A stretch of 58,811 nucleotides of DNA from assembly GCA_003558235.1 (NCBI GenBank), contig PWMI01000095.1, forward strand, positions 1-58,811, given 5' to 3'. Position 1 is the stretch's first letter, and every line of letters begins with the position of its first letter. Positions 38,385 through 47,866 of the stretch are shown here, piece after piece. The stretch comes from Candidatus Iainarchaeum sp. (lineage in GTDB: Archaea; B1Sed10-29). Under the pieces are notes generated by a model. It saw nothing but the letters and a program-made list of their open reading frames with translations, was not told the DNA's origin and made no database searches. A program made the translations under genes and the position numbers.

Positions 38385-40580
38385 TTAACTGATTAGCTCG
38401 GTTGGATTTGGAATCTCCTTCTTCAGTCCTTTCCTTTGTCTTATCTCCTGTATTATCTCTTGTTGTAGGCTTTTTGGTAGTACTTCGTATCCTGAGTATT
38501 CTTGGCTCCAGATGGCTTTTCCTTGTGTTAGGCTTCTTATGTCACTGGAGAACCCGAAGGTTTGTTCTACTGGTAGTTTTACTTGTATCTTGGATAGTTT
38601 TCCTTCTTGTTTCATGTCTAGTACTTCTCCTCTTCTGCTGCCTATGTCGCTTGTTACTTTTCCCATGTATTCTCTGGGTACGTCTATGAAGATTTTCTTC
38701 TTTGGTTCTAGCATCACGGGGTCTGCTGTTAGTATTGTTGCTTTTATTCCTTTCTTTATGGTTGGTATTACTTGTGCTGGTCCTCTGTGTACTGCGTCTT
38801 CGTGTAGTGATGCGTCTTTTATTAGTAGTTTTACTTTTGATATTTTTTCATCTGCCAGTGGTCCACTGTTCACTGCTTCTTCGAAGGACTGTACGAGTAG
38901 TTCTTTCACTTCGTTGAGGTACTGTACTCCTCTGCTGGCGTTTATGAGTATGTTGTCTTCTTTTACTGTCCATACTTTTCTTGCTTCGTCTTTGTCCATT
39001 CCTAGTTCTCTTAGTTTTTGTTCTAGTTCTTTGCTGTTTTTGGGTTTTCCTTGTTCTATATCTTCTTTGTGTATTGCTTCTGCTACTTCTTCTTCGAGTG
39101 GTACTGCTTGCATGACGAATTCGTTGTGTCTGTTTGGGGTCTTTGTTTTTACTTCTAGTGATGGTTTCTTGATTGTTTCTCTGTATACTACTATGGGTTT
39201 GCTTGTTGTTACTTTTACTTTTTTATCTTCTTGTATCATTCTTTCTACTACTTCTAAGTGTAGTTCTCCCATTCCCGCGATCAGGTGTTCTCCTGTTTCT
39301 TCGTTTATGTCCACGGTTATCGTTGGGTCTTCTTTGGATACTTCTCTCAGTGCTTTGATTAGTTCAGGTAGTCTTTTTGGGTCTTTTGCTTCTATTGATT
39401 TTGTTACTACTGGCTCTGCGTAGTGCTTTATTTTTTCGAAGGGCTCCATCTCTGTTTCTGCTACTGTTTCTCCTGAGAATGCGTCTCCGAGTCCTGTTAG
39501 TGCTGCTATGTTTCCTGCGGGTATGTCTTTTAGTTGTTTTCTTCCTGATCCCATGTATATAGCTACTTGTTGTATTGTTGCGTCTGCCTTGGTGTTGATT
39601 AGTCTTACTTTTTGCCCTGCTTTTACGGTTCCGGAGTATACTCTTGCTGTTGCTACTTCTCCTACGTGTGGGTCTTTCCCTAGGTTTGTTACTAGCATTA
39701 TTGCTTCTGATTTTTCGTCGCAGCCCATCATTGCTTTTCCTTTTTCTGATTCTGGGTTTCCTCTCCATATTTCAGGTATTCTGTATTTTTGAGCTTGCTT
39801 TGGATTTGGAAGGTGTCTTACGACCATGTTTAGTACTATCGGGTATAGTGGACTTTTCTTGGCTAGTTCTTTTTGGTTTTCTTCTGTTAGGTAATCGTAT
39901 ATGTCTTTGAATCCTATTCCTGTTTTCTTCATGTATGGTAGTGATATTCCCCAGTTGTATAGTGCTGATCCGAATGCTACGGATCCGTCTTCTACTTTCA
40001 CTTGCCATTCTTTGGCTAGTTTTTTGTTGGGTGCGTACTCTTTTATCAGTCTGTTGACTTCTTTTATTCTCCCCATCAGTCTTTCTTGTAGTTCTTCTGG
40101 GCTTATCTGTAGTTCGTTTATCAGTCTATCTACTTTGTTTATGAATAGTACTGGCTTGACTTTTTCGTCCAGTGCTTGTCTTACTACTGTTTCGGTTTGG
40201 GGCATTATCCCTTCTACTGCTCCTACTACTATTATGCACCCGTCAACTGCTCTTAAGGCCCTTGTTACTTCTCCTCCGAAGTCCACGTGGCCTGGTGTGT
40301 CTATTAGGTTGACTAGGTAGTTGTCATCATCGTATTCGTATACCATTGATATGTTTGCGCTTAGTATGGTTATTCCTCTTTCTTGTTCTTGGTCTAGGGT
40401 GTCCATTGCTAGTTCTTTTCCTGCTAGTTCTCCACTCATTAGTCCTGCTCCGTATATGAGGTTGTCTGAGAGTGTTGTTTTGCCGTGGTCTATGTGTGCG
40501 GCTATTCCTATGTTCCTTATTTGGTCTGGTTTGTACATCAGTTTGTGTACTTTTTTTACCATTTCTTCTTTTCTTCCCAT
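38385..40580 (-). CDS. fusA: Translation elongation factor aEF-2
   Basis: AHIDHGKTT and DTPGH motifs, plus the diphthamide-loop HEDAVHRG. 731 aa. Confidence 0.98.
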   Translation of the reverse strand: MGRKEEMVKKVHKLMYKPDQIRNIGIAAHIDHGKTTLSDNLIYGAGLMSGELAGKELAMDTLDQEQERGITILSANISMVYEYDDDNYLVNLIDTPGHVDFGGEVTRALRAVDGCIIVVGAVEGIMPQTETVVRQALDEKVKPVLFINKVDRLINELQISPEELQERLMGRIKEVNRLIKEYAPNKKLAKEWQVKVEDGSVAFGSALYNWGISLPYMKKTGIGFKDIYDYLTEENQKELAKKSPLYPIVLNMVVRHLPNPKQAQKYRIPEIWRGNPESEKGKAMMGCDEKSEAIMLVTNLGKDPHVGEVATARVYSGTVKAGQKVRLINTKADATIQQVAIYMGSGRKQLKDIPAGNIAALTGLGDAFSGETVAETEMEPFEKIKHYAEPVVTKSIEAKDPKRLPELIKALREVSKEDPTITVDINEETGEHLIAGMGELHLEVVERMIQEDKKVKVTTSKPIVVYRETIKKPSLEVKTKTPNRHNEFVMQAVPLEEEVAEAIHKEDIEQGKPKNSKELEQKLRELGMDKDEARKVWTVKEDNILINASRGVQYLNEVKELLVQSFEEAVNSGPLADEKISKVKLLIKDASLHEDAVHRGPAQVIPTIKKGIKATILTADPVMLEPKKKIFIDVPREYMGKVTSDIGSRRGEVLDMKQEGKLSKIQVKLPVEQTFGFSSDIRSLTQGKAIWSQEYSGYEVLPKSLQQEIIQEIRQRKGLKKEIPNPTELIS

Positions 40581-40584
40581 GTTT

Positions 40585-41184
40585 TCACCTTGAGCTTTGT
40601 GCTATTCTTTCTACGTTTATTTTCTGTGATACTGCGAATGATTCTGAGTCGTTGTTGGATGCTTTTATTAGTTCTTCTTCGAGTGCTTCTGCTGCTGTTT
40701 TGGGGGATTTGAATGATTTTCTTGCGACTGATTTGCCGATGTTTCTTAGGGCGAAGTCTAGTCTTCTTTTTGGTGATACGTCCACGGGTTCGTGTCTCAT
40801 TACGGCTCCGTATCTTACTCGTGTTGTTTCTTCTCTTGGTGCGGCGTTTTCTATTGCCTTTACTAGTATCTCTATTGGGTTTTTGCCTGTTTTTTCCGCT
40901 ATTCTGTCCATTGCTTCTTCTACTACTTTGTACATCTTTGTTTTTTTGCCTGTTCCGCCTCTGCTTCGTATTAGTTTTCCACTTATTTTTCCGCCTGTTC
41001 CGCTTCTCATTAGGGCGTTGACGAGTCTTTCGAGTATGTTTATTTTTTCTTGTCCTAGGGCTTGTTTTGACTGTGTTCCTTGGTTGTATAGAGGGGTGTC
41101 TGGGTTTAGGTTCATGTATTTCTTTAGTCCGATGTCTTTTACTTCTATTTTTTCTGTGTCCCATTTTCCGTATAGCTTTGTCAT
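40585..41184 (-). CDS. rps7: 30S ribosomal protein S7 (uS7)
   Basis: Conserved S12-S7-EF2 order. 199 aa with an S7 pattern (VNALMRSG...). Confidence 0.95.
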   Translation of the reverse strand: MTKLYGKWDTEKIEVKDIGLKKYMNLNPDTPLYNQGTQSKQALGQEKINILERLVNALMRSGTGGKISGKLIRSRGGTGKKTKMYKVVEEAMDRIAEKTGKNPIEILVKAIENAAPREETTRVRYGAVMRHEPVDVSPKRRLDFALRNIGKSVARKSFKSPKTAAEALEEELIKASNNDSESFAVSQKINVERIAQSSR

Positions 41185-41188
41185 GTTA

Positions 41189-41617
41189 TCATCTCTGTGG
41201 TTTGTCTACCTTTCCTTTTCGGACTTCTTCTAGTGATACGCCGTTTACTTTCGTGACCTTGTATTTTACTCCGACCATTGTTCCCATGGATCCTCCTTGG
41301 GCGCCTCCGACTCCTTCTATTATCACTTCGTCGTGTTCATCTATTTTTTTTATGGCTCCTTCTTTCGGTACGTGTGCTGTGACTACTTTACCGTTTTTGA
41401 GGATCTGTGCTCGAATGCATTTGATTAGTCCTGAGCTTGGTTGTTTCTGTTCTCTGTTCACTTTTCTTAGGACTATTGCTCTTGCTTGTGGTGCTCCGTC
41501 TAGGGGGTCTGTGGTTCTTCCTGACTTTCTTTCCATTCTTTTGACGTAGGCTATGTCTTTCCATCGTCTTTTTTTCCTGCTTTGGATTAGTTTTCTTGCT
41601 GCGAATTCACCTGGCAT
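41189..41617 (-). CDS. rps12: 30S ribosomal protein S12 (uS12)
   Basis: [27 protein letters not shown] motif. Confidence 0.96.
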   Translation of the reverse strand: MPGEFAARKLIQSRKKRRWKDIAYVKRMERKSGRTTDPLDGAPQARAIVLRKVNREQKQPSSGLIKCIRAQILKNGKVVTAHVPKEGAIKKIDEHDEVIIEGVGGAQGGSMGTMVGVKYKVTKVNGVSLEEVRKGKVDKPQR

Positions 41618-41664
41618 TTTTACACCTTTTTCTTTTCTGTGTTTTGTTGTTTAAATTTATGTGT

Positions 41665-42081
41665 TTATGCTATCGTTACTTCGTCCACGTCGTAGTGTCT
41701 TTTGACTAGTTTGTTGACGTTCTTTATCTTTTTACCTTGTCTGCCTATTGCTCTTTTTCTCTCTGCTGGATTTACTCTTATTTCAACTGTGTTTTCTTTT
41801 ATCGTGACTTCTTCTGGCTTTAGGGGGTACATTAGGTTTTCTATGAACTTTTCTAGGTTTTCGGAGTATTCATAGACGTGTAGTTCTTTTCCTAGTCTTT
41901 TTTTTATGTCGTTTATTACGGTTCCTTTTTTCCCTATTGCTGCACCTATGTCTCCTTCTTTTACTAGGATTGTCGCTTCTTCTTCGTTTATTATGCAGTC
42001 TTTCACGGTTGTTCCTGTTATCTTTTCAAAGATAGTGATTGTTTCTATTTCTCTGCTATCGTACTTGACCATCTTAATCAT
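41665..42081 (-). CDS. nusA: Archaeal NusA-like protein (two KH domains)
   Basis: GAAIGKKG and AIGRQGKKIKN KH GXXG motifs. Conserved L30e-NusA-S12 order. Confidence 0.9.
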   Translation of the reverse strand: MIKMVKYDSREIETITIFEKITGTTVKDCIINEEEATILVKEGDIGAAIGKKGTVINDIKKRLGKELHVYEYSENLEKFIENLMYPLKPEEVTIKENTVEIRVNPAERKRAIGRQGKKIKNVNKLVKRHYDVDEVTIA

Positions 42082-42364
42082 CTATTTCTTGTGTATTGAC
42101 TCCGCCTAGGTCTGTTACTGAGACGGTTGTTAGTATGTGGGGTCTTTTGAAGGTTTCACCGAGTTCTAGGCTGGTTCCGTGGAACGTTTTCATCGGTGTT
42201 TTTCCTTTTTTTTCCTGTATTCTTTCTCTTATTTTTTCCGGTGTGTTTTCTGCTACTATTACTAGTTTTGATCTTCCTTCTTTTAGTGTCTTTAGGGTTG
42301 CTTCTGTTCCGTAGACTACTTTTCCTTTTCTTTTTATTGTTTTAAGTGCTTTTTTGAGTTTCAT
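42074..42364 (-). CDS. rpl30e: 50S ribosomal protein L30e (eL30)
   Basis: GKVVYGTEATLKTLKEGRSKLVIVAEN motif. Confidence 0.93.
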   Translation of the reverse strand: MKLKKALKTIKRKGKVVYGTEATLKTLKEGRSKLVIVAENTPEKIRERIQEKKGKTPMKTFHGTSLELGETFKRPHILTTVSVTDLGGVNTQEIDD

Positions 42365-42370
42365 TCTTAT

Positions 42371-43540
42371 TCACTTCTTTTTCTGTTTTTGGTTCGACAT
42401 TCTGAGTTCGACTGATCCGGTTCCTACTGGGATTACTTCTCCTACTATCATTCTTTCTGCGACTCCTTTTAATGGGTCGGTTTCTCCTTTTTGTGCTGCT
42501 GTTAGTAGGTGCCTCATTTGGGTTTCGAAGGATGCGTTTGCTAGTACGCTTTCTTTTTCTCCGGATATTCCGTGTCTTCCTATTGCGTTGAGTTCTCCTT
42601 TTCTTGTCATGGCGTCTGATATCAGCATTATGTGTCGGTCGTTTATCGTGATGTTCTGTGCTTTTAGGTTTTCTTGTATTTCTAGGTGTAGTACTTTTCT
42701 TGCTGCTTCTATTCCGAGTACTCCTTGTACTTCTCTTATTGAGTTCGAGTATGTTTCTTTGGAGTTTACTTCTGGTAGTTTGAGTATGTTTCTTAGGTTG
42801 GTTCCGTCTGTGTGTATTTCATAGGTTTTTTTGTTTCCTTGTTTTCTTTCTACTATCGTGGCTCTCTTTATTCCTTTTATTCCTTTTACTCTTGCTGTTT
42901 TTGCTTTTTGGGTGTATCTTCTGAGTGATTTGAGTGTTGATGCTTTTGGTTTGAATATCGCTTGGTCGTCTTCTACTTTTTCAGGTTTCTTTCTTAGTTT
43001 GTCCTTTATTTTTGCTGCTACTTCTTCTGGCTTCAGGTTTTGTTTCTTCATCTTTTTTTCGTTGAAGTTTATGATTATTCTTTTTTCGTTGAAGTCTTCT
43101 TGAACGTCGGCTACTTCTTCTAGGGTCACTTCTTCCATGTCTCTGGCTATTTCTTTTACTTTTTCTTTGTTTCCGTTCAGTTCTTTCTTTATCTGTATTT
43201 TACATGTTTCCATCTTTGGTTGGTGTCTTACTTCCAGTAGTTCTTTTAATCTGGGCATTCCTTGGGGCACGCTTAGTTCTCCTGTTAGTCCAGCTATGTG
43301 GAATGTTCTCAGAACCATCTGCGTGGCTCTTTCTCCTACTGCTTGGGCTGCTAGTAGGCCGACCGGTTCACCTGGTTCTACTTTGCTTTTTCTGTATTCT
43401 TCCAGTTTTTCTTCTAGGAACTTCCTCTTTTCGGCTGCTTTCATTCCCTTGGTGTTTTCTTTTAGGGTTTGTATCTTTCTCTGTGGAAGTTCTTTTTCCA
43501 GTTCTTTCCATGTGTCTTTCATGCTAGTCATCTTGATCAC
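42371..43540 (-). CDS. rpoA2: DNA-directed RNA polymerase subunit A'' (Rpo1C)
   Basis: GEPVGLLAAQAVGERATQMVLRTFH motif. 389 aa, immediately after A'. Confidence 0.97.
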   Translation of the reverse strand: MIKMTSMKDTWKELEKELPQRKIQTLKENTKGMKAAEKRKFLEEKLEEYRKSKVEPGEPVGLLAAQAVGERATQMVLRTFHIAGLTGELSVPQGMPRLKELLEVRHQPKMETCKIQIKKELNGNKEKVKEIARDMEEVTLEEVADVQEDFNEKRIIINFNEKKMKKQNLKPEEVAAKIKDKLRKKPEKVEDDQAIFKPKASTLKSLRRYTQKAKTARVKGIKGIKRATIVERKQGNKKTYEIHTDGTNLRNILKLPEVNSKETYSNSIREVQGVLGIEAARKVLHLEIQENLKAQNITINDRHIMLISDAMTRKGELNAIGRHGISGEKESVLANASFETQMRHLLTAAQKGETDPLKGVAERMIVGEVIPVGTGSVELRMSNQKQKKK

Positions 43541-46039
43541 TTAGTCTCTTGCTTTCATTGGGTTTAGTCCGTCTTCTCCGTACTTGAACTGTATTATTTT
43601 GCCTGCTGCGTCTGTTACTGTTAGGTCTTCTTTTACGTTTATGTCGAGTAGTGCGTTTGCTATCTTTTTGTATAGGTAACCTGATTCCGCGGGGTTGATT
43701 CCTTTGTCTATTAGTGAGTCTCTTCCGCTCATTGATTGTTGGTAGGCTTCTTCTGGTCTTAGTCCTTTTGAGAATGAGCTGGGTATGAATCCTTTTACTC
43801 GTGGGCTGAGGTCTCCTTTTTTGAAGTGTGGGAGTACTCTTCCTTGGTATCCTCTTTCTAGTCTTTCTCCTCTTATTCCCATCTGTCCTACTACGCAGGT
43901 CATTTGTGTTACGTTTCTCCAGCTTCCTCTTGCTCCGCTTTTTGCCATTACTACTCCGTAGTTGTCCATTCCAAGGTCTTTTAGTGCTATTTCCCAGGTT
44001 TTCTTGTTTATTTTCTCCATTTGGTCCATTATCATTGCTTCTAGTGTTTCTCTTTCTGTTTTTCCGGGTAGTGCTTCTAGTTTTCCTTCTTCGTATTTCT
44101 TTATGAATTCTTTGGCGGTTCCTATTCCTTTGTCTACTGTTTCTTGTCTTTTCTTTTCTCCTTTTTCAGTTAGGCTGTATTCTTCGAGTGAGATGGTGTA
44201 TCCTTTCATTGTTATTGATTCTAGTGTGAGTCTTGTGATGTCGTTTATGAATTTTTCTGCTCTGTCTGATCCTTCTTTATCCCATATTTCTCTTGTGAGT
44301 ATTCCTTCGCCTCCGAAGCATTTTTCATCCATTATTCCTTCTTTTACTTGTCCTTTCTCGATTTTTACGGGTTTTTCGGATAGTTGGCTGGGTATTTCTA
44401 GTGTTATGGTGTCTGGTATTATTTCGCTGATTATTTCTCGTCCGTGGTACTCTTTTTTGTCTTTTCCGTTTGGTAGTCTATTGATGTTGACTGATTTGAG
44501 TAGTTTTAGTGTTTCTTCTTTGGTGAATGTGGCGTTTTCTTGGGTCATCAATGCTAGTCCTGACACGTGGTCGTGTCCTCCTGCTAGTACTTGCCCGTGT
44601 CGCGGTGAGATTATGTTTTCTTTTACTGCTAGTAGTTCTCTGGCTTCTACTTGGGCTTCTACGGTTTGTGGGACGTGTAGGTTCATTGCGTCTCCATCGA
44701 AGTCTGCGTTGTAGGGTTTGGCTATTCCGTCGTTTATTCTGAGGGTTTTTCCGTGCATTACTCTTGCTCTGTGTGCCTGCATGGATAATCTGTGTAGGCT
44801 GGGTTGCCTGTTGAATAGTGTTATGTCTCCAGTTATTAGTTGTCTTCTTACGGTGTATCCTGGTTGTATTTCTTCTGCCAAGGTTTCCCGGTTCATGTCT
44901 GTTATCTTCTTCTTTTTTCCGTCGGGGGTTTTCACGTAGAGTGCCATGGGGTACTCTTCGCTTCTGATGTAGTTTATCATTTCCGTTATGTTTTTTTCTG
45001 TGACCTTTATTGGGAGGGTTAGTTCTTTCGCTATTTCTTGTGGTACGCCTACTTCTCCTATTGAGAGGGCTGTGTCTGGGCTGATTACTCCTCTTGCTGA
45101 GAAGTTGACTCTCTTGGAGATGAGGTTTCCTTTTATTCGTCCGTGTTTTCCTTTGATTCTTTGGAATAGTGTGTTCAGTGCTCTTCCGGATCTTTGTTTC
45201 GCGGGGGGTATTCCACTGACTTTGTTGTTGAAGTATGTTGTTATGTGGTATTGTAGTAGGTCCCATAGGTCTTCTATTATTGGTTGTGGGGCACCTGCTG
45301 AGATGTTGTCTGCTAGTCTTTGATTTATTCGTAGTAGGTCTGTTAGTTTGTGGGTTAGGTCGTCTTCGCTTCTGTTTCCACTTTCTAGTGTTATTGAGGG
45401 TCTTGTTGTTACAGGTGGTACTGGTAGTACTGTTAATACGAACCATTCTGGCCTGTTTAGGTCTGGATCTATGTTGAGTGCTTCTAGGTGTTCTCTTGGT
45501 ATTCTTTCTAGTCTTTCTCTTACTTCTGAGGGTCTTAGTCTTTGTTTAGCTGAGCCTTCTCCTTCGAAGTAGCTTGTTGGTTTGGTTAGTGTTATCTTTT
45601 TCTGTTCTGCGCCGCAGTAGGGGCATTCGTCTTTTTTCTTGGCTTTGTCTCTTATTTCTCTGAATTGGTATATTCCTTCTGTTGGGCTGTCTTCTATTTT
45701 TTCTATTTTGTCTTCCTTTAGCGTTATTCTTCCGCATTCTCCGCAGGTTGATCTTAGTATGTCGTATATGTCTTTGGCGTATCCTACGTGTATGACTGGT
45801 CTGACTAGTTCTATGTGTCCGAAGTGTCCTGGGCAGGTGTCTTTTGTTCCTCCACAGGTTTTGCATCTCATTCCTGGGTTTACTACTCCCATTTTGAGGT
45901 CTACTAGTCCCCCTTCTATGGGGTATCCTTCGTCGTCGTATATGTCTGGTACTACTACTCTGAGGACCGACATTCTTCTGATGGTGTCGGGTTGTAGTAG
46001 CCTGAACCTTATTTTCCCTATCTTTTTTTCTGTTCTCAT
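43541..46039 (-). CDS. rpoA1: DNA-directed RNA polymerase subunit A' (Rpo1N)
   Basis: Zinc motifs CKTCGGTKDTCPGHFGH and catalytic NADFDGDAMNLH. 832 aa. Confidence 0.98.
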   Translation of the reverse strand: MRTEKKIGKIRFRLLQPDTIRRMSVLRVVVPDIYDDEGYPIEGGLVDLKMGVVNPGMRCKTCGGTKDTCPGHFGHIELVRPVIHVGYAKDIYDILRSTCGECGRITLKEDKIEKIEDSPTEGIYQFREIRDKAKKKDECPYCGAEQKKITLTKPTSYFEGEGSAKQRLRPSEVRERLERIPREHLEALNIDPDLNRPEWFVLTVLPVPPVTTRPSITLESGNRSEDDLTHKLTDLLRINQRLADNISAGAPQPIIEDLWDLLQYHITTYFNNKVSGIPPAKQRSGRALNTLFQRIKGKHGRIKGNLISKRVNFSARGVISPDTALSIGEVGVPQEIAKELTLPIKVTEKNITEMINYIRSEEYPMALYVKTPDGKKKKITDMNRETLAEEIQPGYTVRRQLITGDITLFNRQPSLHRLSMQAHRARVMHGKTLRINDGIAKPYNADFDGDAMNLHVPQTVEAQVEARELLAVKENIISPRHGQVLAGGHDHVSGLALMTQENATFTKEETLKLLKSVNINRLPNGKDKKEYHGREIISEIIPDTITLEIPSQLSEKPVKIEKGQVKEGIMDEKCFGGEGILTREIWDKEGSDRAEKFINDITRLTLESITMKGYTISLEEYSLTEKGEKKRQETVDKGIGTAKEFIKKYEEGKLEALPGKTERETLEAMIMDQMEKINKKTWEIALKDLGMDNYGVVMAKSGARGSWRNVTQMTCVVGQMGIRGERLERGYQGRVLPHFKKGDLSPRVKGFIPSSFSKGLRPEEAYQQSMSGRDSLIDKGINPAESGYLYKKIANALLDINVKEDLTVTDAAGKIIQFKYGEDGLNPMKARD

Positions 46040-46052
46040 TTTATCTTTTCTC

Positions 46053-47858
46053 TCACATTTTGTCTTCTAGTTTTAGTTCGGTTTGTATTCCGAGTGCTTT
46101 TAGTTCGTTTATTAGTAGTTTGAATCCGTAGCTCATCTTTACTGGGTGTATGTTTTTGGATCCACATGCTTCGCAGTACATCTCGCCTCTTATTTTGTTG
46201 TTTACTGCTATGGTTCCGCATTCTTCGCAGATTAGCTCTATTGTTTCGTCTGATTCTTTCAGTAATCTTTCTTTGAGGAGCATGCTTGCACCGTGTCCTA
46301 TTAGGCAGTCTCTTTCCATTGAACCGAATTTTTGTCCTCCGCCTCTTGATTTTCCTTCCGTTGGTTGTCTTGTTAGGATTTGGAGGGGTCCTCTTGCTCT
46401 TGCGTGTAGTTTTTGTGATGCTAGGTGGTATAGTTTTTGGTAGTATACTATTCCGGTGAATATCTGTGCTTCTATTCTTCTTCCGGTTCTTCCGTCGTAC
46501 ATTACTTCTTTTCCGTTTGGTTTGAATCCGTATTCTTCTAGTTTTTTCTTCAGTGATTCCCGGTCTTCTCCTTCGAATGCTGTGGCGTTGGTCTTTTTTC
46601 CGCTGAAGGAGGTTTTCTTTCCGGCGATTGCTTCTAGTAGGAATCCAGCGGTCATTCTTGATGGTACTGCGTGTGGGTTGAATATCATGTCTGGTACTAC
46701 GCCTGATTCTGTCCAGGGCATGTCTTCTTCTTCTACGATTAGTCCGACTATTCCTTTTTGTCCGTGTCTTGCGCTGAACTTGTCTCCTATTATTGGTTCC
46801 ATCGTGTTTCTTGTTCTTACTTTTATGATCTTGTTTCCGTCTTCTCCTTCGGTCATTAGTACCCAGTCCACTTTTCCTTCGCAGTTTGCTTTTACTGTGG
46901 TTGAGTTTTCTTTTCTTTTTTCTTCTATTGCGCTCAGTTCACTTATTTCTTCTAGGAACCTTGGTGGACTTGTTTTTGAGATCAGTACGTCTCTTGAGTC
47001 TACTTGTGTTTCTGGTTCGATTATTCCGTTTTCATCTAGGTTTTTGTATGCTTCTTCTCCTCTGTAGCCTACTATCTTTTCGCTTGGAACTTCGAATCTG
47101 TCTTTTTGTCCTGCGGGGTACCTTCTTTCTTGGCTTGAGTATCCTCTGTAGTATATTGATCTTCCGAGTGCTCTTTGTATGCTTCCTTTGTTGAGTACTA
47201 TCGCGTCATCGATGTTGTATCCTATGTAGGACATTACTGCGATGGTGAAGTTTTGTCCTGCGGGTTTTTTGTCGAGTCCGAGGATTTTATTGTACTTTGT
47301 TCTTGTGAGGGGTTTCTGTGGGTACTGCATTAGGTATGACTCTGTGTCCATTCTGACGTTGTAGTTCGTCGCGTATAGTCCCAGTGCTTGTTTGAGCATT
47401 GAGTCGCTCATCTCTAGTCTCTGGCTCATGTTGTATTCTGGGTAGGGGTTGACTGATGAGCAGGTTCCGAATGCGAGGGAGGGGTGTATCTCGAGGTGTG
47501 TGTGTTCTTTTGTTATTTCTTCTTCTTTCATGGCGATGTATGCGTCTTCTTCTTCTTCTGCGTCGAGGTACTCTACTATTCCGTCTTTTATTAGGTCTTT
47601 GAAGGTGATTTCTTCTTTTTCTATCTTATTTTTGTGTTCTTCGGTTAGTTTTGATTTTCCTTTTTCGATGATTATGAGTGGTCTTAGTGCTCTTCCTGTG
47701 TCTGTGTTGACGAGTACTTCGTCTTCTTTTTTTCTTACTGTGAGTGTTTCGGGTAGTTCTCCTCGTCTTCTTTTTTCTCTTATTTCTTTTGCTAGGGTGT
47801 CGAGGTTTTTGTGTGATCCTATTAGTGATCCGTTTAGGTATACGCTTCCTTCGTTCAT
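46053..47858 (-). CDS. rpoB1: DNA-directed RNA polymerase subunit B' (Rpo2C, C-terminal half of a split B)
   Basis: SARHGQKG, GGQKFGSMERDCLIGHG and a C-terminal zinc ribbon CEECG...CEACG. Confidence 0.97.
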   Translation of the reverse strand: MNEGSVYLNGSLIGSHKNLDTLAKEIREKRRRGELPETLTVRKKEDEVLVNTDTGRALRPLIIIEKGKSKLTEEHKNKIEKEEITFKDLIKDGIVEYLDAEEEEDAYIAMKEEEITKEHTHLEIHPSLAFGTCSSVNPYPEYNMSQRLEMSDSMLKQALGLYATNYNVRMDTESYLMQYPQKPLTRTKYNKILGLDKKPAGQNFTIAVMSYIGYNIDDAIVLNKGSIQRALGRSIYYRGYSSQERRYPAGQKDRFEVPSEKIVGYRGEEAYKNLDENGIIEPETQVDSRDVLISKTSPPRFLEEISELSAIEEKRKENSTTVKANCEGKVDWVLMTEGEDGNKIIKVRTRNTMEPIIGDKFSARHGQKGIVGLIVEEEDMPWTESGVVPDMIFNPHAVPSRMTAGFLLEAIAGKKTSFSGKKTNATAFEGEDRESLKKKLEEYGFKPNGKEVMYDGRTGRRIEAQIFTGIVYYQKLYHLASQKLHARARGPLQILTRQPTEGKSRGGGQKFGSMERDCLIGHGASMLLKERLLKESDETIELICEECGTIAVNNKIRGEMYCEACGSKNIHPVKMSYGFKLLINELKALGIQTELKLEDKM

Positions 47859-47866
47859 TTTATCGC